From assembly GCF_035285525.1 (NCBI RefSeq), contig NZ_JAYKGW010000113.1:1-29062 (forward strand): DNA of 29,062 nt, written 5' to 3'. The position numbers and the translations under genes are program-made. This document shows positions 1 through 9,390 of the stretch, piece after piece; position 1 is the stretch's first letter, and each line of letters starts with the position of its first letter. The notes under the pieces are model-generated. The model had not been told where the DNA came from. It was given only the letters and a program-made list of their open reading frames with translations, and did no database searches. Source of the DNA: Okeania sp. Lineage in GTDB: Bacteria > Cyanobacteriota > Cyanobacteriia > Cyanobacteriales > Microcoleaceae.

Positions 1-168
1 GAATGAAAATCTCTGACTTAGGAATTTTGACTTTTAACTGTTGAATGAAAATCTCTGACTTAGGAATTTTGACTTTTAACTGTTGAATGAAAATCTCTGA
101 CTTAGGAATTTTGACTTTTAACTGTTGAATGAAAATCTCTGACTTAGGAATTTTGACTTTTAACTTTT
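1..168. repeat. 42-bp tandem repeat, 4 copies (GAATGAAAATCTCTGACTTAGGAATTTTGACTTTTAACTGTT), cut by the window edge
   Basis: Copies 1-42, 43-84 and 85-126 are identical. Copy 127-168 differs only at its 3' end. The array abuts the recO start. Confidence 0.95.
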
Positions 169-181
169 GAATTTAATCTAT

Positions 182-1033
182 ATGGCGAAACTCTACAAAG
201 CAACAGGAATAAATCTCAAAACTATGCCTTTAGGAGAATCAGATCGTTTATTAACCATCCTAACTCCAGAATATGGTTTGATTCGAGTCGTAGCTTCCGG
301 AGCTAGGAAGCCAAAATCTAAACTGGGGGGTAGAAGCGAACTATTTGTCGTCAATCAATTATTGATTTCCCAGGGGCGATCGCTCGACCGAATCAACCAA
401 GCAGAAACCATAACATCTTACACTGGTCTTAGTCAAAACCTGGGAAAATTAGCAGCAGGTCAATATTTAGCAGAATTAGTCCTTTATCAAGCTCTCAGCG
501 AACATCCTCAAACTGAGCTTTTCTATCTACTCAACGAACACCTCGAACGTATAGAACAACTGCACCATAAAACTGACCGACTTTGGCATACCCAACTCAT
601 AGCATACCTTGCTCATGGAATATATCACTTACTCGCCATAGAAGGAATAGCTCCCCAAGTCCATAAATGTTGCGCTACAGGAAATGAACTAGAGCCAAAC
701 TTTAATTATTCTGACTGGCAAATTGGTTTTAGTATGGATGCAGGAGGAGTTATTAAAATTGATGATATTTCTGTTGTACAATCAGACTACCAAAATTTAT
801 CAAACCAAAACTCTAGTACCAAAATTAATACCCTGCTCAATGCTAATCAACTTTTACTGCTTCAACAACTACCACAAGCTAAACTTCAGACTTTAGTTCA
901 ACTGACTGCTTATCAAGATTGGGTGAAAGTGGAAAAACTTTTAAGAAAATATACCCAATATCATTTAGGTTATTCTATCCGTTCTGCGGAATTAATTGAT
1001 ACTTATTTACAATTATCATCAATACATCCATAG
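182..1033 (+). CDS. recO: DNA repair/recombination protein RecO
   Basis: N-terminus MAKLYKATGINLKTMPLGESDRLLTILTPEYGLIRVVASGARKPKSKLGGRSELF matches the RecO OB-fold region. Length is about 283 aa. I prefer the ATG at 182 over the TTG at 167 used by the ORF track. Confidence 0.85.
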   Translation: MAKLYKATGINLKTMPLGESDRLLTILTPEYGLIRVVASGARKPKSKLGGRSELFVVNQLLISQGRSLDRINQAETITSYTGLSQNLGKLAAGQYLAELVLYQALSEHPQTELFYLLNEHLERIEQLHHKTDRLWHTQLIAYLAHGIYHLLAIEGIAPQVHKCCATGNELEPNFNYSDWQIGFSMDAGGVIKIDDISVVQSDYQNLSNQNSSTKINTLLNANQLLLLQQLPQAKLQTLVQLTAYQDWVKVEKLLRKYTQYHLGYSIRSAELIDTYLQLSSIHP

Positions 1034-1052
1034 GTTTTACATACTATTGTAG

Positions 1053-1080
1053 GGGTTTGGTCTCCAAACCCAATTTTTTT
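1053..1080 (+). terminator. Candidate intrinsic terminator of recO, formed by a dispersed-repeat hairpin
   Basis: GGGTTTGG (1053-1060) / CCAAACCC (1064-1071), 3-nt loop, followed by AA + T7 (1074-1080). It lies 20 nt after the recO stop. Confidence 0.6.
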
Positions 1081-1108
1081 CACAAATCATTATTAATTAT
1101 TCATTAAA

Positions 1109-2491
1109 ATGCAATTATCTGATTCAGATTTAACAAAAGAACCAAAACCAGAAAACCAACCCGATCCAGAATCTACTGCGGAAGCATCTATAACAACTGA
1201 AGAATCCGAACGTGGACTTTTACCAGTGCTGAAAAACGGTAAATTCTTAACTCTCTGGAGTGGTCAAGTATTTTCTCAACTCGCAGACAAAGTTTACTTG
1301 GTACTAATGATTACTATTACTGCTAATCAGTTCCAAGCAGCAGACCAAACTATAAGTGGATGGGTATCGGCGATTATGATTGCTTTTACTATCCCCGCTG
1401 TATTATTCGGAGCTGGAGCTGGTGTCTATGTAGATAGGTGGCCCAAAAAAGTAATTTTAGTTGCTACAAATTTGGTCAGAGGTGGTTTAGTTCTAATTTT
1501 GCCCATAGTATTGTGGCTATCTAATGATTTTAATCTAGGCAATTTACCTTTAGGATTTTGCCTAATGTTATTATTAACCTTTTTGGTTTCCACCCTGACT
1601 CAATTTTTTGCCCCTGCGGAACAAGCAGCTATTCCTTTAATTGTAGAAAAGCGACATCTACTTTCTGCCAACTCTCTTTACACTACCACAATGATGGCTT
1701 CTGTAATTATTGGCTTTGCAGTAGGAGATCCTTTATTAGAATTAGCTGATAGTTTAGTCGCCAAAATTGGTTTTGGGGAAACTTTCGGTAAAGAACTTGT
1801 AGTAGGTGGAAGTTATGCGATCGCTGGTTTACTATTAATTTTACTCAAAACTGGGGAACAGAAAAATTTGAGTGAAAAAGAACAGCCCCATATTTTAGCA
1901 GATTTAGGAGATGGCTTGCGTTATTTGAAAAATCATCATCGAGTTCGTAATGCCATTATTCAGCAAATTGTTTTATTTTCTATTTTTGCAGCTTTGGCAG
2001 TTTTGGCAGTACGTTTAGCAGAAATTATTCCGGGAATGGAAGCTGAAGAGTTTGGGTTATTATTAGCTGCTGCTGGAGTAGGTATGGGTATTGGTGCTGG
2101 AATAGTCGGTCAACTTGGACATTGGTTATCCCATTTCCAACTCAGTTTCATAGGTTCGATCGGAATGGCAACTTCTTTAGTAGGTTTATCTATATTTAAT
2201 CAACAGTTTTGGGTAGTTATAATTCTGATTGGTATTTTAGGACTGTTTGGTGCAGTAGTAGGAGTACCAATGCAAACTACAGTTCAAGCGGAAACTCCTG
2301 AAGAAATGCGAGGAAAAGTATTTGGTCTCCAGAATAATGCTGTGAATATTGCTCTAAGTTTACCTTTAGCTTTAGCAGGGGTGATGGAAACTTTTTTAGG
2401 TTTACCAAAAGTTTTGTTAGGTTTAGGAGGAGTGGTAATAATAGCCAGTATATTTTTCAGTTTCTTTTCTCTGCCTACTAATATTGAATAG
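1109..2491 (+). CDS. MFS-family transporter
   Basis: 460 aa with a hydrophilic N-terminal tail followed by about 12 hydrophobic segments. The loop motif GVYVDRWPKK resembles the MFS loop 2-3 D-R-x-x-R/K signature. Confidence 0.75.
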   Translation: MQLSDSDLTKEPKPENQPDPESTAEASITTEESERGLLPVLKNGKFLTLWSGQVFSQLADKVYLVLMITITANQFQAADQTISGWVSAIMIAFTIPAVLFGAGAGVYVDRWPKKVILVATNLVRGGLVLILPIVLWLSNDFNLGNLPLGFCLMLLLTFLVSTLTQFFAPAEQAAIPLIVEKRHLLSANSLYTTTMMASVIIGFAVGDPLLELADSLVAKIGFGETFGKELVVGGSYAIAGLLLILLKTGEQKNLSEKEQPHILADLGDGLRYLKNHHRVRNAIIQQIVLFSIFAALAVLAVRLAEIIPGMEAEEFGLLLAAAGVGMGIGAGIVGQLGHWLSHFQLSFIGSIGMATSLVGLSIFNQQFWVVIILIGILGLFGAVVGVPMQTTVQAETPEEMRGKVFGLQNNAVNIALSLPLALAGVMETFLGLPKVLLGLGGVVIIASIFFSFFSLPTNIE

Positions 2492-2619
2492 AAGTTAGTA
2501 GCAATAACTGTAGGTTGGGTTGAGGGACGAAACCCAACATTTTCTTTTCTTTGCCTACTAATATTGAATAGAAATTAGTTGTAATAACTGTAGGTTGGGT
2601 TGAGGGACGAAACCCAACA
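2460..2619. repeat. 80-bp tandem duplication (2 copies) containing the last ~31 nt of the MFS CDS plus a GTTGGGTT..AACCCAAC hairpin repeat
   Basis: 2460-2539 and 2540-2619 align with only a few substitutions. TTTCTTTTCTCTGCCTACTAATATTGAATAG recurs as TTTCTTTTCTTTGCCTACTAATATTGAATAG. Confidence 0.9.
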
Positions 2620-2723
2620 GAAGTCCAGTAGTCAACTGTTTGACCTAAAACTGTGCATTAGATTTGCCATTATGGTAAGAACAACTAACTTACCTTAGCA
2701 GATTTCCTATTGCATTATTTAAG

Positions 2724-2815
2724 CAGGACTTACGCAGCCACCCTAGATATAGTGCTTAAAACTATTGCAAAATAGTTTCTTGACTCTATATATAGTACCT
2801 CCCGTGTAAGTCCTG
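2724..2815. mobile_element. MITE-like element, CAGGACTTACGCA terminal-inverted-repeat family (copy a)
   Basis: CAGGACTTACGCA at the left end and CGTGTAAGTCCTG at the right. The interior is itself an imperfect palindrome (CTAGATATAGTGC...CTCTATATATAGTAC). The same architecture occurs at 13131, 15213 and 19155. Confidence 0.7.
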
Positions 2816-2855
2816 TTAAGATTAAGAGCAAACAGTTCAATAGGTAATAAAGATT

Positions 2856-2884
2856 ATGGTTGGGTTGAGGAACGAAACCCAACC
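2856..2884. repeat. Dispersed hairpin repeat GGTTGGGTTGAGGAACGAAACCCAACC
   Basis: 8-bp stem GTTGGGTT/AACCCAAC with a 9-nt loop. Other copies lie at 2509-2539, 2589-2619 and 10475-10505, with a degenerate copy at 12002-12030. It sits just downstream of add on the minus strand and may act as a terminator. Confidence 0.85.
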
Positions 2885-2893
2885 TACTGGTGC

Positions 2894-2928
2894 TAATTAT
2901 TAATTATTAATTGTTAATTATTAATTAT
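2894..2928. repeat. Heptamer tandem array (TAATTAT)x5, STRR-like
   Basis: Units at 2894, 2901, 2908 (TAATTGT), 2915 and 2922. The array overlaps the last codons and the stop codon of add (2921-2923). Confidence 0.9.
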
Positions 2929-3964
2929 TAAAAGCTTCTGCAACTATAGATTCTGGCTTTAATAATCCTGTTAACATTTCCTGTGGTCTTTTACCATAAG
3001 GCCAAGCAAAAGCATGACGAAAAGCTGCATCTTGACAAGCTTGTAATTCTCGAAAATCAATTACATCAAGTGTCAATAAATTCTCATATTCAAAGGGCAA
3101 ACGTACATTATGTAAACCAGCATTATCTGTACAAATAGCAATATCTACTCCCGCATCAAAACATTTATCAAATACAGTCTTTAATTGAGTAATATCATCC
3201 AGAGTTCCTGTCTTGAAATAGGTAGTCGGACAAACTTCTAAACATTGCCCCCGACTAGCTACTTCTTTTAATAATTCAGGATATTTTAAAGGTATTTGAA
3301 TGCCATGACCAATACGCATTAAATAAGGTAATAATTCTGGATGACAACCATTAGGAGTTTCATACAAATGCCCCGTAGTTTTTACACCTTGTTCACGAGC
3401 ATATTTATAGAGTTTAATAAATTCATCTATCCGTTCTTTGTAATTATTATCTCCTCCAGCCACATCTATAGCACAGACATATTGTGGGATTTGTATTGCT
3501 AAATCCACAATTGCTCGATTAACTTCATCAGGCAAACGAGTATGAGTACATAAAATTTGGCTAGTAACAATAGGATATTCATTCTGTTGAGTTGCCTTAC
3601 CTACAGTCATAACTATTTCTGACATTAAATCTATCCTTTCAGACTGAGATAAATTATCTGGAGTTCTCAAATAAGGAGTATAACGTAACTCTAAATAAGC
3701 TAAATTTTCAAATGTATAAGCACCACGAATTAAGCGATAAATAAAGTATGGTAAAGTCTCAATAGTTTGAACTTTTTCTACTAAAGTATGTAGCTCTAAA
3801 TATTCTTCTAAAGTATTTCGTGGTTTAGTGTAGAAATCTTCAAATTGTTGATATTCAGGAAAAGGATTTGCCAATTCTTGATTTTGCCGTTGGAAATATC
3901 TCCATAAAACTCTAGGAACTACCGAGCCTCCTAAATGTCGATGTAATTCTGCGTGTAAAGCCAT
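2921..3964 (-). CDS. add: Adenosine deaminase family protein
   Basis: 347 aa. The N-terminal HAELHRHLGG is the H-x-H metal-binding motif of adenosine/AMP deaminase amidohydrolases. Size and the C-terminal ICTDNAG region are consistent with this family. Confidence 0.8.
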   Translation of the reverse strand: MALHAELHRHLGGSVVPRVLWRYFQRQNQELANPFPEYQQFEDFYTKPRNTLEEYLELHTLVEKVQTIETLPYFIYRLIRGAYTFENLAYLELRYTPYLRTPDNLSQSERIDLMSEIVMTVGKATQQNEYPIVTSQILCTHTRLPDEVNRAIVDLAIQIPQYVCAIDVAGGDNNYKERIDEFIKLYKYAREQGVKTTGHLYETPNGCHPELLPYLMRIGHGIQIPLKYPELLKEVASRGQCLEVCPTTYFKTGTLDDITQLKTVFDKCFDAGVDIAICTDNAGLHNVRLPFEYENLLTLDVIDFRELQACQDAAFRHAFAWPYGKRPQEMLTGLLKPESIVAEAFNN

Positions 3965-4130
3965 AGAAACTTAATTTATCCTTGATATAATATTTCTTTA
4001 TTCTGGGGAAAAGATGATTAAAATCTGAGAATATTAGGGAAATTAATCATTCACTTTTTATTTGAGTTATTTATGGATTATAGACTCCTTTTTTTTTTAA
4101 TTCCCAAAAGAATAAAAATTAATTATAAAA

Positions 4131-4796
4131 ATGACAGTACAAGATGACAGTCGAGAAAATGAACTTATCCAATTATTTAATTTAGAAAGACCAGTCAATT
4201 TAACTCGTAGTGGAACAGATGCAATCTTGACTTTAAATGGACTAAAAATTCCTTTTGAATTAAAGTCAACTACAAAAAATTCTGTAACTACAGTTAGAGA
4301 TTTTGGACCGGATCATATTAAAAAGTGGAAAGGAAAACATTGGTTATTTGGTTTTTATGAAAAAGGTGGTAAAATCCTAAAATATTGCTTATATGCTTCC
4401 CCAAAAATGATGGTTCCTTAGATTAGTGAAAAATCAGCTTATGTTGCATCAGATTATAAACTTGCTCAATTAATACCAGAATTAATTAGTATATCTTTAC
4501 TGTATAAAATTGTTGGCAAAAAAGAAGTTTATACACTCGAAGATGCTCAGAGTCTACAAAAAAGACAATACACAATTCAAGAATACCGAAATAAAATGGA
4601 TTTAGAATTTGGCTACTCTCCTGAAAGAATGCTTTTGATTTTAAGAGATAGATGTCAATATTTAATTGAGAAAGATTCAACTTTAAATAATCCTCATATT
4701 CCAGCCTCATATTTTAAAGATTGGGAGCAAATAACTACCAATCATGCTCAACATTTAAGAGAACTTGTAACAGAAACTATTCAAGAAAATACTTGA
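4131..4796 (+). pseudogene. Type II restriction endonuclease-like PD-(D/E)XK nuclease, interrupted by an in-frame TAG at 4419-4421
   Basis: Track ORFs 4131-4421 and 4596-4796 are in the same frame, and the frame is open between them apart from the single TAG. GTDAILTLNGLKIPFELKS gives a D-x13-E-x-K arrangement. The gene is convergent with, and overlaps, a C5 methyltransferase. Confidence 0.6.
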
Positions 4797-5304
4797 GCAA
4801 GAGATTTTGGACCGGAGCATATTAAAAAGTGGAAAGGAAAACATTGGTTATTTGGTTTTTATGAAAAAGGTGGTAAAATCCTAAAATATTGCTTATATGC
4901 TTCTCCTAAAATGATGGTTCCTTAGATTAGTGAAAAATCAGCTTATGTGAGATTAGATTATAAACTTGCTCAATTAATACCAGAATTAATTAGTATATCT
5001 TTACTGTATAAAATTGTTGGCAAAAAAGAAGTTTATACACTCGAAGATGCTCAGAGTCTGCAAAAAAGACAATATACAATTCAAGAATACCGAAATAAAA
5101 TGGATTTAGAATTTGGCTACTCTCCTGAAAGAATGCTTTTGATTTTAAGAGATAGATGTCAATATTTAATTGAGAAAGATTCAACTTTAAATAACCCCCA
5201 TATTCCAGCCTCATATTTTCAAGATTGCGAGCAAATAACTACCAATCATGCTCAACATTTAAGAGAACTTGTAACAAAAAATATTCAAGAAAATACTTGA
5301 GCAA
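4297..5304. repeat. 504-bp head-to-tail tandem duplication (4297-4800 and 4801-5304)
   Basis: Both copies begin GAGATTTTGGACCGGA and end AAAATACTTGAGCAA. The period is exactly 504 nt (168 codons). I saw no indels and estimate 15-20 substitutions by eye. Confidence 0.95.
4801..5300 (+). pseudogene. Duplicated 3' fragment of the endonuclease gene (carries the same TAG at 4923-4925; stand-alone GTG ORF 4947-5300)
   Basis: The translation of 4947-5300 is near-identical to the C-terminal part of the 4131-4796 reading frame (…EYRNKMDLEFGYSPERMLLILRDRCQYLIEKDSTLNNPHIPASYF…). Confidence 0.75.
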
Positions 5305-6481
5305 TAGACAGTGCTATTTGATAAGCCATAGGTGGTGGTACAGCATTACCAATTTGACCTAATGCTTGATAAACTGCCCCAGAAAATTGCCAAGATTCAG
5401 GAAAACCTTGAAGGATTCCACAGTCAGGAACAGACAACCGAAAATGACTATTTTTAGCTACAAATAAATGTGCTTTTTCTCTATTTTCAGCTACTCCATT
5501 CGGCCAAATCTGTAATTTTTCCCAAGCTTTTTGTGCAGAAACACTACTTAAAATAGAGGTAGTATGGCGGAGTCCAGTTAGCCCACTTCTGAGAGTAGGT
5601 GATAAAGCATCAAATCCAATATTTGGTAATCCTAAAGCTTCACGAATTCCCATACAAAGTTGCAATTTATCTGTATTTTCATAATCCTCAAAAATATTTA
5701 GTTGAACTGGTTTTGTCGATTGATTTGTTGATAAATGATGCCAACGATGAGTAGGCTTAGGAGGTTGATATTTCGCCAAATATTTTTCATCTCGAAAACC
5801 AACAAAAAAGACTCGTTTTCTAATTTGAGAAATCCCAAAATCTGAAGCATTTAAAATAAATTTCCTCAGTTTATAGTAAGAAGCTAAAGGAGATTCAATA
5901 ACTTCTTCAACATATTTACTAAACTTTTTACTTACCAATGCAGTAACATTTTCTGCCACAAATATTAGAGGTTCAATTTCCAAGACAGCACGAATAAATT
6001 CAGGGAACATATCACGATTATCTTCCTTACCTTTTTGACGACCAGCAACAGAAAAAGGCTGACAAGGTGGACCCCCATGAATAATATCAATTGACCCACG
6101 ATAAGAGCGCCAATCTACTTTTGTGACATCTCCCTTTTCACCTGAAAAAATTTGCCAATCTGGTCGAAGGTTACGCAAAGTATTACCAGCTTCTGGGAGA
6201 ATATCGTAGGAGGAAATATGATTAAAACCTGCTCGGTCAAAACCAAGGTCAAGACCACCACCTCCACTAAATAAAGAGAGACTTCGCCATTTATTTCTAG
6301 GCATTTGTGGCATCAAATTTTCAGGATTTAGATTCGGAATATTAATAGGATGTATTGGTTTTTTACCTTCTCCATTTAAAGCTTGTTTTTTAGCGCGACT
6401 AGATGCTTTTGAACGCTCTCTATAAACTTCTCTTTGTGCTTCAGTAATATTCCAACCTTTATGGGGTGATGCTTTTGACAT
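5285..6481 (-). CDS. DNA (cytosine-5)-methyltransferase
   Basis: Motif I FSGGGGLDLGF, motif IV GGPPCQPFS, motif VI ENV, motif VIII QIRKRVFFVGF, motif IX RLSVPDCGILQGFPESW and motif X GNAVPPPMA appear in canonical order. I prefer the ATG at 6481 (MSKASPHKG) over the TTG at 6511. Confidence 0.9.
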   Translation of the reverse strand: MSKASPHKGWNITEAQREVYRERSKASSRAKKQALNGEGKKPIHPINIPNLNPENLMPQMPRNKWRSLSLFSGGGGLDLGFDRAGFNHISSYDILPEAGNTLRNLRPDWQIFSGEKGDVTKVDWRSYRGSIDIIHGGPPCQPFSVAGRQKGKEDNRDMFPEFIRAVLEIEPLIFVAENVTALVSKKFSKYVEEVIESPLASYYKLRKFILNASDFGISQIRKRVFFVGFRDEKYLAKYQPPKPTHRWHHLSTNQSTKPVQLNIFEDYENTDKLQLCMGIREALGLPNIGFDALSPTLRSGLTGLRHTTSILSSVSAQKAWEKLQIWPNGVAENREKAHLFVAKNSHFRLSVPDCGILQGFPESWQFSGAVYQALGQIGNAVPPPMAYQIALSIAQVFS

Positions 6482-6510
6482 TAGGCAAGATAGATAATGG
6501 ATAATTAACA

Positions 6511-6538
6511 ATTAATAATTAATAATTAATAATTAATA
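6511..6538. repeat. Heptamer tandem array (ATTAATA)x4, STRR-like
   Basis: Units at 6511, 6518, 6525 and 6532, immediately upstream of the methyltransferase gene. Confidence 0.9.
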
Positions 6539-6913
6539 AATAGTGGGTAATGAAAACTATTTCTAGTTAGGGCTGGTGTATGGAAATCTCAAAGCTTTCA
6601 TAGATAAAACTTTTGGTCTTTTTAGATAGTGAGCAAAGTAGCAGATTTTCCCCTGATCAGATAAGAGTGAAAAAGTGAGTATTTGGGTTAAGACTTGAGC
6701 AGAGTTGGCAAGGGATAATTTTTACAAGTACATCCTCTAAAACTCCTGATTCCTCTTGACTCTTCACTACTCCCTACCTCTACCATCAGACTTTTTCAGT
6801 AAACCCTAATTATTAATAGACTTTCAGATTATTGTAACAATAATTAACAAAAAATAATTGACATAACCATAGAGTTGATGGGAGGATTGAAAATTGTGTT
6901 AACTATACTGTAG

Positions 6914-8242
<1,329 letters not shown>

Positions 8243-8300
8243 GAAATAGGGAGCAGAGAGAATAGAAAAATTTCTGAGGATGTTTGAAGAGAGATAGTAG

Positions 8301-8320
8301 TGGGAGCATCTTTGCTCCCA
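8301..8320 (+). terminator. Candidate terminator hairpin downstream of purA
   Basis: TGGGAGCA (8301-8308), loop TCTT, TGCTCCCA (8313-8320). It is followed by AT-rich sequence but not a clean T-run. Confidence 0.35.
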
Positions 8321-8451
8321 TAAATATTATATTTACTATGAGAAATCTCCAGAAATAAAAAATCAAGTCAATTATTGTAGAGAAATGATCAATTCTTTCT
8401 TCCTATTGCCTATTACCTATTCCCTCTTTGTCTGGAGATGTCTAATTCTCT

Positions 8452-8478
8452 ACTCCCGACTCCCGACTCCCGACTCCC
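8452..8478. repeat. Heptamer tandem array (ACTCCCG)x3.8, STRR-like
   Basis: TACTCCCGACTCCCGACTCCCGACTCCC read directly from the sequence. Confidence 0.9.
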
Positions 8479-8494
8479 TTTTTTATGATAATTT

Positions 8495-8503
8495 TGATAT
8501 AAT
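8495..8503 (+). promoter_or_regulatory. Candidate extended -10 element (TGATATAAT) for rplY
   Basis: A TGnTATAAT match lies about 33 nt upstream of the ATG at 8536. No convincing -35 element was seen. Confidence 0.3.
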
Positions 8504-8535
8504 CAATAAGCACATTAAGAGAAAAAAAAGTCAAG

Positions 8536-8838
8536 ATGGAAGTTACAGTAGAATGTCAGAAAAGACCCGAAGGTAGTAAAACTAAAGCCTTACGACGGGA
8601 AGGATTAATTCCCGCAGTATTGTATGGTCATCAAGTTCCAGAATCTGTTGAATTAACTATTGAAGTGAAAAAAGTGCAGCAGTTGTTAAAGAAAGCCTTC
8701 GCTAACAAAACTATTATTGACCTAAAAGTTCCTGAGATTTCCTGGAATGGGAAAACTGTGATTAGGGAAATTCAATATCATCCCTATAAACCAGAGATTT
8801 ACCACCTCAGCTTTTTCTCCGTTGGCGATCGCGCTTAA
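8536..8838 (+). CDS. rplY: 50S ribosomal protein bL25 (short form)
   Basis: 100 aa. RREGLIPAVLYG and the overall pattern are typical of short L25 proteins. Confidence 0.8.
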   Translation: MEVTVECQKRPEGSKTKALRREGLIPAVLYGHQVPESVELTIEVKKVQQLLKKAFANKTIIDLKVPEISWNGKTVIREIQYHPYKPEIYHLSFFSVGDRA

Positions 8839-8856
8839 TTCGGTTATCAGTTATTA

Positions 8857-9072
8857 GTAGTAGAGATTTCTAGAAAAGAGGGAACAGGGAACACTTAACT
8901 GGGAACAGGGAGGAATAATTGATGATTTGTGGATAATAATTAATTATCTTTAAAATTTTCGGATTCCATATTTAGACATCTCCACAAAAGAGGAAACAGG
9001 GAACAGAGAACCTACCCTTAACCCCTCCTAGGAGAGGAATAATTGATAATTTCTGAACAATAATTGATTTAA
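8857..9072. repeat. Two diverged copies of a ~100-bp dispersed repeat (AAAAGAGGRAACAGGGAACA ... GGAATAATTGATRATTT..AATAATT)
   Basis: 8857-8950 and 8968-9072 share both end blocks. The second copy carries an inserted CCCCTCCTAGGAG palindrome motif, which is also present at 10551-10572. Confidence 0.55.
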
Positions 9073-9130
9073 TGAGTGATTGTTGGAGATATCTATTTGG
9101 TATGAGCGGTGCGTTACATTCATTAACGCA

Positions 9131-9385
9131 CCCTACAACATGGCTATGACAGCCTAGAAGGCTGTCTTACAAAAGAACGCACCCTACAACATGGCTATGA
9201 CAGCCTAGAAGGCTGTCTTACAGTTGTGTCAATTCACTACAACATGGCTATGACAGCCTAGAAGGCTGTGTTACAAAAGAACCTACCCTACAACATAGCT
9301 ATGATAGGCAAGATGTCTGTGTTACAAAAGAACCTACCCTACAACATGGCTATGACAGCCTAGAAGGCTGTGTTACAAAGGTTTG
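9131..9385. repeat. ~51-bp tandem repeat, 5 copies, each with a GACAGCC-TAGAA-GGCTGTC hairpin
   Basis: Unit starts (CCCTACAAC) lie at 9131, 9182, ~9235, 9286 and 9337. The fourth copy is the most diverged (ATAGCTATGATAGGCAAGATGTCTGT). Confidence 0.9.
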
Positions 9386-9390
9386 CTCCC

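Noticed and set aside
1-168. Possible CRISPR or coding repeat at the window start.
   Set aside because: These are pure head-to-tail identical 42-mers without spacers. There is no long ORF, and the array lies upstream of the recO start.
2921-3964. Adenosine deaminase next to an R-M module as a possible anti-phage deaminase (RADAR-like or nucleotide-depletion logic).
   Set aside because: It has the size and motifs of an ordinary housekeeping adenosine deaminase. It is a single gene with no partner ATPase and sits among purine-metabolism genes. Adjacency to the R-M remnant is best explained by insertion of the R-M module.
4486-5214. Minus-strand 74-aa ORFs 4486-4710 and 4990-5214.
   Set aside because: They are antisense to the endonuclease reading frame and are duplicated only because the underlying DNA is duplicated. 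They have no motifs and are AT-rich chance ORFs.
9131-9385. Possible CRISPR array (regularly spaced hairpin-containing repeats).
   Set aside because: The period is only ~51 bp and the segments between hairpins are conserved between units. There are therefore no unique spacers, and no cas genes lie nearby.
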